Below, one piece after another: positions 53,301 to 64,000 of a stretch of DNA of 64,000 nt. The DNA is from Nemertoderma westbladi (Eukaryota > Animalia > Xenacoelomorpha). Numbering within the stretch: the stretch's first letter is position 1; each line of letters starts with the position of its first letter. A program made the translations under genes and the position numbers. The stretch spans positions 1 through 64,000 of the forward strand of contig JAUCBJ010004223.1 of NCBI GenBank assembly GCA_032718475.1, given 5' to 3'. The notes below the pieces were generated by a model. That model did no database searches. It had not been told where the DNA came from and saw nothing but the letters and a program-made list of their open reading frames with translations.

Positions 53301-56300
53301 TACAGGCATTAGAGATTTCTAATTAATAATAAAGGCATTATAGATTTTTAATTAATAATAAAGGCATTAGAGATTTCTAATTAATAATAAAGGCATTAGA
53401 GATTTTTAATTAATAATACAGGCATTAGAGATTTCTAATTAATAATACAGGCATTAGAGATTTTTAATTAATAATACAGGCATTAGAGATTTCTAATTAA
53501 TAATAAAGGCATTAGAGATTTTTAATTAATAATACAGGCATTAGAGATTTCTAATTAATAATACAGGCATTAGAGATTTCTAATTAATAATAAAGGCATT
53601 AGAGATTTTTAATTAATAATACAGGCATTAGAGATTTCTAATTAATAATAAAGGCATTATAGATTTCTAATTAATAATAAAGGCATTATAGATTTTTAAT
53701 TAATAATACAGGCATTAGAGATTTCTAATTAATAATAAAGGCATTATAGATTTTTAATTAATAATAAAGGCATTAGAGATTTCTAATTAATAATAAAGGC
53801 ATTAGAGATTTCTAATTAATAGTAAAGGCATTAGAGATTTCTAATTAATAATAAAGGCATTAAAGATTTCTAATTAATAATAAAGGCATTAGAGATTTCT
53901 AATTAATAATAAAGGCATTATAGATTTTTAATTAATAATACAGGCATTAGAGATTTCTAATTAATAATAAAGGCATTAGAGATTTCTAATTAATAATAAA
54001 GGCATTAGAGATTTCTAATTAATAATAAAGGCATTAGAGATTTCTAATTAATAATAAAGGCATTAGAGATTTCTAATTAATAATAAAGGCATTAGAGATT
54101 TCTAATTAATAATAAAGAAATTATAGATTTCTAATTAATAATAAAGGCATTAGAGATTTCTAATTAATAATAAAGGCATTAGAGATTTCTAATTAATAAT
54201 AAAGGCATTAGAGATTTCTAATTAATAATAAAGGCATTAGAGATTTCTAATTAATAATAAAGGCATTAGAGATTTCTAATTAATAATAAAGGCAATAGAG
54301 ATTTCTAATTAATAATAAAGGCGTTAGAGATTTCTAATTAATAATAAAGGCATTAGAGATTTCTAATTAATAATAAAGGCATTAGAGATTTCTAATTAAT
54401 AATAAAGGCATTATAGATTTTTAATTAATAATACAGGCATTAGAGATTTCTAATTAATAATAAAGGCATTAGAGATTTCTAATTAATAATAAAGGCATTA
54501 GAGATTTCTAATTAATAATAAAGGCATTAGAGATTTCTAATTAATAATAAAGGCATTAGAGATTTCTAATTAATAATAAAGGCATTAGAGATTTCTAATT
54601 AATAATAAAGGCATTATAGATTTCTAATTAATAATAAAGGCATTAGAGATTTCTAATTAATAATAAAGGCATTAGAGATTTCTAATTAATAATAAAGGCA
54701 TTAGAGATTTCTAATTAATAATAAAGGCATTAGAGATTTCTAATTAATAATAAAGGCATTAGAGATTTCTAATTAATAGTAAAGGCATTAGAGATTTCTA
54801 ATTAATAATAAAGGCATTAGAGATTTCTAATTAATAATAAAGGCATTAGAGATTTCTAATTAATAATAAAGGCATTAGAGATTTCTAATCAATAATAAAG
54901 GCATTAGAGATTTCTAATTAATAATAAAGACATTAGAGATTTCTAATTAATAATAAAGGCATTAGAGATTTCTAATTAATAATAAAGGCAATAGAGATTT
55001 CTAATTAATAATAAAGGCATTAGAGATTTCTAATTAATAATAAAGGCATTAGAGATTTCTAATTAATAATAAAGGCATTAGAGATTTCTAATTAATAATA
55101 AAGGCATTAGAGATTTCTAATTAATAATAAAGGCATTAGAGATTTCTAATTAATAATAACAAAGGCAATAGAGATTTCTAATTAATAATAAAGGCATTAG
55201 AGATTTCTAATTAATAATAAAGGCATTAGAGATTTCTAATTAATAATAAAGGCATTAGAGATTTCAAATTAATAGTAAAGGCATTAGAGATTTCTTTAAT
55301 AATAAAGGCATTAGGTATTTCTAATTAATAATAAAGGCATTCGAGATTTCTAATTAATAACAACAAAGGCATTAGAGATTTCTAATTAATAATAAAGGCA
55401 TTAGAGATTTCTAATTAATAATAAAGGCGTTAGAGATTTCTAATTAATAATAACAAAGGCAATAGAGATTTCTAATTAATAATAAAGGCATTAAAGATTT
55501 CTAATTAATAATAACAAAGGCAATGGAGATTTCTAATTAATAATAAAGGCATTAGAGATTTCTAATTAATAATAACAAAGGCATTAGAGATTTCTAATTA
55601 ATAATAAAGGCATTAGAGATTTGTAATTATTAATAAAGGCATTAGAGATTTCTAATTAATAATAAAGGCATTAGAGATTTCTAATTAATAATAAAGGCAT
55701 TAGAGATTTCTAATTAATAACAAAGGCATTAGAGATTTCTAATTAATAATAAAGGCATTAGAGATTTCTAATTAATAATAAAGGCATTAGAGATTTCTAA
55801 TTAATAGTAAAGGCATTAGAGATTTCTAATTAATAATAAAGGCATTAGAGATTTCTAATTAATAATAAAGGCATTAGAGATTTCTAATTAATAATAAAGG
55901 CATTAGAGATTTCTAATTAATAATAAAGGCATTAGAGATTTCTAATTAATAATAAAGGCATTAGAGATTTCTAATTAATAATAAAGACATTAGAGATTTC
56001 TAATTAATAATAAAGGCAATAGAGATTTCTAATTAATAATAAAGGCATTAGAGATTTCTAATTAATAATAAAGGCATTAGAGATTTCTAATTAATAATAA
56101 AGGCAATAGAGATTTCTAATTAATAATAAAGGCATTAGAGATTTCTAATTAATAATAAAGGCATTAGAGATTTATAATTAATAATAAAGGCATTAGAGAT
56201 TTCTAATTAATAATAAAGCCATTAGAGATTTCTAATTAATAATAAAGGCATTAGAGATTTCTAATTAATAATAAAGGCATTAGAGATTTCTAATTAATAA

Positions 56301-59300
56301 TAAAGGCATTAGAGATTTCTAATTAATAATAAAGCCATTAGAGATTTCTAATTAATAATAAAGGCATTAGAGATTTCTAATTAATAATAAAGGCAATAGA
56401 GATTTCTAATTAATAATAAAGGCATTAGAGATTTCTAATTAATAATAAAGGCATTAGAGATTTCTAATTAATAATAAAGGCGTTAGAGATTTCTAATTAA
56501 TAATAAAGGCATTAGAGATTTCTAATTAATAATAAAGGCATTAGAGATTTCTAATTAATAATAAAGGCATTAGAGATTTCTAATTAATAATAAAGGCATT
56601 AGAGATTTCTAATTAATAATAAAGCCATTAGAGATTTCTAATTAATAATAAAGGCATTAGAGATTTCTAATTAATAATAAAGCCATTAGAGATTTCTAAT
56701 TAATAATAAAGGCATTAGAGATTTCTAATTAATAATAAAGCCATTAGAGATTTCTAATTAATAATAAAGGCATTAGAGATTTCTAATTAATAATAAAGGC
56801 GTTAGAGATTTCTAATTAATAATAAAGGCATTAGAGATTTCTAATTAATAATAAAGGCAATAGAGATTTCTAATTAATAATAAAGGCATTAGAGATTTCT
56901 AATTAATAATAAAGGCATTAGAGATTTCTAATTAATAATAAAGGCATTAGAGATTTCTAATTAATAATAAAGGCATTAGAGATTTCTAATTAATAATAAA
57001 GGCATTAGAGATTTCTAATTAATAATAAAGGCAATAGAGATTTCTAATTAATAATAAAGGCATTAGAGATTTCTAATTAATAATAAAGGCATTAGAGATT
57101 TCTAATTAATAATAAAGGCATTAGAGATTTCTAATTAATAATAAAGGCAATAGAGATTTCTAATTAATAATAAAGGCATTAGAGATTTCTAATTAATAAT
57201 AAAGGCATTAGAGATTTCTAATTAATAGTAAAGGCATTAGAGATTTCTAATTAATAATAAAGGCATTAGAGATTTCTAATTAATAATAAAGGCATTAGAG
57301 ATTTCTAATTAATAATAAAGGCATTAGAGATTTCTAATTAATAATAAAGGCATTAGAGATTTCTAATTAATAGTAAAGGCATTAGAGATTTCTAATTAAT
57401 AATAAAGGCATTAGAGATTTCTAATTAATAATAAAGGCATTAGAGATTTCTAATTAATAATAAAGGCATTAGAGATTTCTAATTAATAATAAAGGCATTA
57501 GAGATTTCTAATTAATAATAAAGGCATTAAAGATTTCTAATTAATAATAAAGGCATTAGAGATTTCTAATTAATAATAAAGGCATTAGAGATTTCTAATT
57601 AATAATAAAGGCATTAGAGATTTCTAATTAATAATAAAGGCATTAGAGATTTCTAATTAATAATAAAGGCATTAGAGATTTCTAATTATTAATAAAGGCA
57701 TTAGATATTTCTAATTAATAATAAAGGCATTAGAGATTTCTAATTAATAATAAAGGCATTAGAGATTTCTAATTAATAATAAAGGCAATAGAGATTTCTA
57801 ATTATTAATAAAGGCATTAGAGATTTCTAATTAATAATAAAGGCATTAGAGATTTCTAATTAATAATAAAGGCATTAGAGACTTCTAATTAATAATAAAG
57901 GCATTAGAGATTTCTAATTAATAATAAAGGCATTAGAGATTTCTAATTAATAATAAAGGCATTAGAGATTTCTAATTAATAATAAAGGCATTAGAGATTT
58001 GTAATTAATAATAAAGGCATTAGAGATTTCTAATTAATAATAAAGGCATTAGAGATTTCTAATTAATAATAAAGGCGTTAGAGATTTCTAATTAATAATA
58101 AAGGCGTTAGAGATTTGTAATTAATAATAAAGGCATTAGAGATTTCTAATTAATAATAAAGGCATTAGAGATTTCTAATTAATAATAAAGGCGTTAGAGA
58201 TTTCTAATTAATAATAACAAAGGCAATAGAGATTTCTAATTAATAATAAAGGCATTAGAGATTTCTAATTAATAATAAAGGCATTAGAGATTTCTAATTA
58301 ATAATAAAGGCATTAGAGATTTCTAATTAATAATAAAGGCATTAGAGATTTCTAATTAATAATAAAGGCATTAGAGATTTCTAATTAATAATAAAGGCAT
58401 TAGAGATTTCTAATTATTAATAAAGGCATTAGAGATTTCTAATTAATAATAAAGGCATTAGAGATTTTTAATTAATAATAAAGGCATTAGAGACTTCTAA
58501 TTAATAATAAAGGCAATAGAGATTTCTAATTAATAATAAAGGCATTAGAGATTTCTAATTAATAATAAAGGCATTAGAGATTTCTAATTAATAATAAAGG
58601 CATTAGAGATTTCTAATTAATAATAAAGGCAATAGAGATTTCTAATTAATAATAAAGGCATTAGAGATTTATAATTAATAATAAAGGCATTAGAGATTTC
58701 TAATTAATAATAAAGGCAATAGAGATTTCTAATTATTAATAAAGGCATTAGAGATTTCTAATTAATAATAAAGGCATTAGAGATTTCTAATTAATAATAA
58801 AGGCATTAGAGATTTTTAATTAATAATAAAGGCATTAGAGATTTCTAATTAATAATAAAGGCATTAGAGATTTCTAATTAATAATAAAGGCATTAGAGAT
58901 TTTTAATTAATAATAAAGGCATTAGAGATTTCTAATTAATAATAAAGGCATTAGAGATTTCTAATTAATAATAAAGGCATTAGAGATTTTTAATTAATAA
59001 TAATGGCATTAGAGACTTCTAATTAATAATAAAGGCAATAGAGATTTCTAATTATTAATAAAGGCATTAGAGATTTCTAATTAATAATAAAGGCATTAGA
59101 GATTTTTAATTAATAATAAAGGCATTAGAGACTTCTAATTAATAATAAAGGCAATAGAGATTTCTAATTAATAATAAAGGCATTAGAGATTTCTAATTAA
59201 TAATAAAGGCATTAGAGATTTCTAATTAATAATAAAGGCATTAGAGATTTCTAATTAATAATAAAGGCAATAGAGATTTCTAATTAATAATAAAGGCATT

Positions 59301-62300
59301 AGAGATTTATAATTAATAATAAAGGCATTAGAGATTTCTAATTAATAATAAAGGCAATAGAGATTTCTAATTATTAATAAAGGCATTAGAGATTTCTAAT
59401 TAATAATAAAGGCATTAGAGATTTTTAATTAATAATAAAGGTATTAGAGACTTCTAATTAATAATAAAGGCAATAGAGATTTCTAATTAATAATAAAGGC
59501 ATTAGAGATTTCTAATTAATAATAAAGGCATTAGAGATTTCTAATTAATAATAAAGGCATTAGAGATTTCTAATTAATAATAAAGGCGTTAGAGATTTGT
59601 AATTAATAATAAAGGCACTAGAGATTTCTAATTAATAATAAAGGCATTAGAGATTTCTAATTAATAATAAAGGCATTAGAGATTTCTAATTAATAATAAA
59701 GGCGTTAGAGATTTGTAATTAATAATAAAGGCACTAGAGATTTCTAATTAATAATAAAGGCATTCGAGATTTCTAATTAATAATAAAGGCGTTAGAGATT
59801 TGTAATTAATAATAAAGGCATTAGAGATTTCTAATTAATAATAAAGGCATTAGAGATTTCTAATTAATAATAAAGGCGTTAGAGATTTGTAATTAATAAT
59901 AAAGGCACTAGAGATTTCTAATTAATAATAAAGGCATTAGAGATTTCTAATTAATAATAAAGGCATTAGAGATTTCTAATTAATAATAAAGGCGTTAGAG
60001 ATTTGTAATTAATAATAAAGGCACTAGAGATTTCTAATTTAATAAAGGCATTCGAGATTTCTAATTAATAATAAAGGCGTTAGAGATTTGTAATTAATAA
60101 TAAAGGCACTAGAGATTTCTAATTAATAATAAAGGCATTAGAGATTTCTAATTAATAATAAAGGCATTAGAGATTTCTAATTAATAATAAAGGCATTATA
60201 GATTTTTAATTAATAATAAAGGCATTAGAGATTTCTAATTAATAACAACAAAGGCATTAGAGATTTCTAATTAATAATAAAGGCATTAGAGATTTCTAAT
60301 TAATAATAAAGGCATTCGAGATTTCTAATTAATAATAAAGGCGTTAGAGATTTGTAATTAATAATAAAGGCATTAGAGATTTGTAATTAATAATAAAGGC
60401 ATTAGAGATTTCTAATTAATAATAAAGGCGTTAGAGATTTCTAATTAATAATAAAGGCAATAGAGATTTCTAATTAATAATAAAGGCAATAGAGATTTCT
60501 AATTATTAATAAAGGCATTAGAGATTTCTAATTAATAATAAAGGCATTAGAGATTTTTAATTAATAATAAAGGCATTAGAGACTTCTAATTAATAATAAA
60601 GGCAATAGAGATTTCTAATTAATAATAAAGGCATTAAAGATTTCTAATTAATAATAAAGGCATTAGAGATTTTTAATTAATAATAAAGGCATTAGAGACT
60701 TCTAATTAATAATAAAGGCAATAGAGATTTCTAATTAATAATAAAGGCATTAGAGATTTCTAATTAATAATAAAGGCATTAGAGATTTCTAATTATTAAT
60801 AAAGGCATTAGAGATTTCTAATTAATAATAAAGGCATTAGAGATTTTTAATTAATAATAAAGGCATTAGAGACTTCTAATTAATAATAAAGGCAATAGAG
60901 ATTTCTAATTAATAATAAAGGCATTAGAGATTTCTAATTAATAATAAAGGCATTAGAGATTTCTAATTAATAATAAAGGCATTACAGATTTCTAATTAAT
61001 AATAAAGGCATTAGAGATTTCTAATTAATAATAAAGGCATTAGAGATTTCTAATTAATAATAAAGGCATTAGAGATTTCTAATTAATAATAAAGGCATTA
61101 GAGATTTCTAATTAATAATAAAGGCATTAGAGATTTCTAATTAATAATAAAGGCATTAGAGATTTTTAATTAATAATAAAGGCATTAGAGATTTCTAATT
61201 ATTAATAAAGGCATTAGAGATTTCTAATTAATAATAAAGGCATTAGAGATTTCTAATTATTAATAAAGGCATTAGAGATTTCTAATTAATAATAAAGGCA
61301 TTAGAGATTTTTAATTAATAATAAAGGCATTAGAGATTTCTAATTATTAATAAAGGCATTAGAGATTTCTAATTAATAATAAAGGCATTAGAGATTTTTA
61401 ATTAATAATAAAGGCATTAGAGATTTCTAATTATTAATAAAGGCATTAGAGATTTCTAATTAATAATAAAGGCATTAGAGATTTCTAAGTATTAATAAAG
61501 CATTAGAGATTTCTAATTAATAATAAAGGCATTAGAGATTTTTAATTAATAATAAAGGCATTAGAGATTTCTAATTATTAATAAAGGCATTAGAGATTTC
61601 TAATTAATAATAAAGGCATTAGAGATTTCTAATTAATAATACAGGCATTAGAGATTTCTAATTAATAATAAAGGCATTAGAGATTTCTAATTAATAATAC
61701 AGGCATTAGAGATTTCTAATTAATAATAAAGGCATTAGAGATTTCTAATTAATAATACAGGCATTAGAGATTTCTAATTAATAATAAAGGCATTAGAGAT
61801 TTTTAATTAATAATAAAGGCATTAGAGATTTATAATTAATAATAAAGGCATTAGAGATTTCTAATTAATAATAAAGGCATTAGAGATTTCTAATTAATAA
61901 TAAAGGCATTAGAGATTTCTAATTAATAATAAAGGCATTAGAGATTTCTAATTAATAATAAAGGCATTAGAGATTTCTAATTAATAATAAAGGCATTAGA
62001 GATTTCTAATTAATAATAAAGGCATTAGAGATTTCTAATTAATAATACAGGCATTAGAGATTTCTAATTAATAATAAAGGCATTAGAGATTTCTAATTAA
62101 TAATACAGGCATTAGAGATTTCTAATTAATAATAAAGGCATTAGAGATTTCTAATTAATAATACAGGCATTAGAGATTTCTAATTAATAATAAAGGCATT
62201 AGAGATTTTTAATTAATAATAAAGGCATTAGAGATTTCTAATTAATAATAAAGGCATTAGAGATTTCTAATTAATAATAAAGGCATTAGAGATTTCTAAT

Positions 62301-64000
62301 TAATAATAAAGGCATTAGAGATTTCTAATTAATAATAAAGGCATTAGAGATTTCTAATTAATAATAAAGGCATTAGAGATTTCTAATTAATAATAAAGGC
62401 ATTAGAGATTTCTAATTAATAATAAAGGCATTAGAGATTTCTAATTAATAATAAAGGCATTAGAGATTTCTAATTATTAATAAAGGCATTAGAGATTTCT
62501 AATTAATAATAAAGGCATTAGAGATTTTTAATTAATAATAAAGGCATTAGAGATTTCTAATTAATAATACAGGCATTAGAGATTTCTAATTAATAATAAA
62601 GGCATTAGAGATTTCTAATTAATAATACAGGCATTAGAGATTTCTAATTAATAATAAAGGCATTAGAGATTTTTAATTAATAATAAAGGCATTAGAGATT
62701 TCTAATTAATAATAAAGGCATTAGAGATTTCTAATTAATAATAAAGGCATTAGAGATTTCTAATTAATAATAAAGGCATTAGAGATTTCTAATTAATAAT
62801 AAAGGCATTAGAGATTTCTAATTAATAATAAAGGCATTATAGATTTCTAATTAATAATAAAGGCAATAGAGATTTCTAATTAATAATAACAAAGGCAATA
62901 GAGATTTCTAATTAATAATAAAGGCATTAGAGATTTCTAATTAATAATAAAGGCGTTAGAGATTTCTAATTAATAATAAAGGCATTAGAGATTTCTAATT
63001 AATAATAAAGGCAATAGAGATTTCTAATTAATAATAACAAAGGCAATAGAGATTTCTAATTAATAATAAAGGCATTAGAGATTTCTAATTAATAATAAAG
63101 GCATTAGAGATTTCTAATTAATAATAAAGGCATTAGAGATTTCTAATTAATAATAAAGGCAATAGAGATTACTAATTAATAATAACAAAGGCAATAGAGA
63201 TTTCTAATTAATAATAAAGGCATTAGAGATTTCTAATTAATAATAAAGGCGTTAGAGATTTCTAATTAATAATAAAGGCATTAGAGATTTCTAATTAATA
63301 ATAAAGGCAATAGAGATTTCTAATTAATAATAACAAAGGCAATAGAGATTTCTAATTAATAATAAAGGCATTAGAGATTTCTAATTAATAATAAAGGCAT
63401 TAGAGATTTCTAATTAATAATAAAGGCATTAGAGATTTCTAATTAATAATAAAGGCATTCGAGATTTCTAATTAATAATAAAGGCAATAGAGATTTCTAA
63501 TTAATAATAAAGGCATTAGAGATTTCTGATTAATAATAAAGGCATTAGAGATTTCTAATTAATAATAAAGGCATTAGAGATTTCTAATTAATAATAAAGG
63601 CATTAGAGATTTCTAATTAATAATAAAGGCATTAGAGATTTCTAATTAATAATAAAGGCATTATAGATTTTTAATTAATAATACAGGCATTAGAGATTTC
63701 TAATTAATAATAAAGGCATTAGAGATTTCTAATTAATAATAAAGGCATTAGAGATTTCTAATTAATAATAAAGGCATTAGAGATTTCTAATTAATAATAT
63801 AGGCATTAGAGATTTCTAATTAATAATAAAGGCATTAGAGATTTCTAATTAATAATAAAGGCAATAGAGATTTCTAATTAATAATAAAGGCATTAGAGAT
63901 TTCTAATTAATAATAAAGGCATTAGAGATTTCTAATTAATAATAAAGGCAATAGAGATTTCTAATTAATAATAAAGGCAATAGAGATTTCTAATTAATAA
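47336..64000. repeat. 29-bp AT-rich satellite, main array, ~575 copies, runs off the window
   Basis: Same unit as 41001-43442, with recurring point variants (ggcgtt, ggcaat, tatagattttt, aatacagg, +aac). Confidence 0.98.

Overview
Repeat-rich eukaryotic DNA, probably from an invertebrate animal. The only host gene found is Arp2 (ACTR2) on the minus strand. Six coding exons (38489-38442, 34249-34104, 31901-31721, 27743-27534, 22770-22621, 10197-10020) join in frame through GT-AG introns to give 304 codons, MDSSGKKVIVCDNGTG...YKHIVLS(G). The remaining exon(s) lie left of position 1. The introns are expanded by unrelated tandem arrays and decayed transposons: RTE, CR1/L2-type LINEs, BEL/Pao, a mariner fragment, a P-type MITE and a pogo-like MITE. 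The most striking pattern is that arrays start at Arp2 splice junctions. Two of them (49 bp x ~70 and 67 bp x ~104) are amplifications of the exon end plus its 5' splice site, and each unit also contains an AG that would define a frame-preserving microexon (36 nt and 9 nt). Other highlights: a satellite derived from the mariner WPPRSPDL catalytic region; a CCAAT/GC-box array upstream of Arp2; a >16 kb 29-bp satellite; and a TIR-less 986-bp element present twice in tandem in the A box of a tRNA-like sequence, with an 8-bp duplication (Dada-like behaviour). Coordinates and copy numbers were counted by eye and array edges are approximate.
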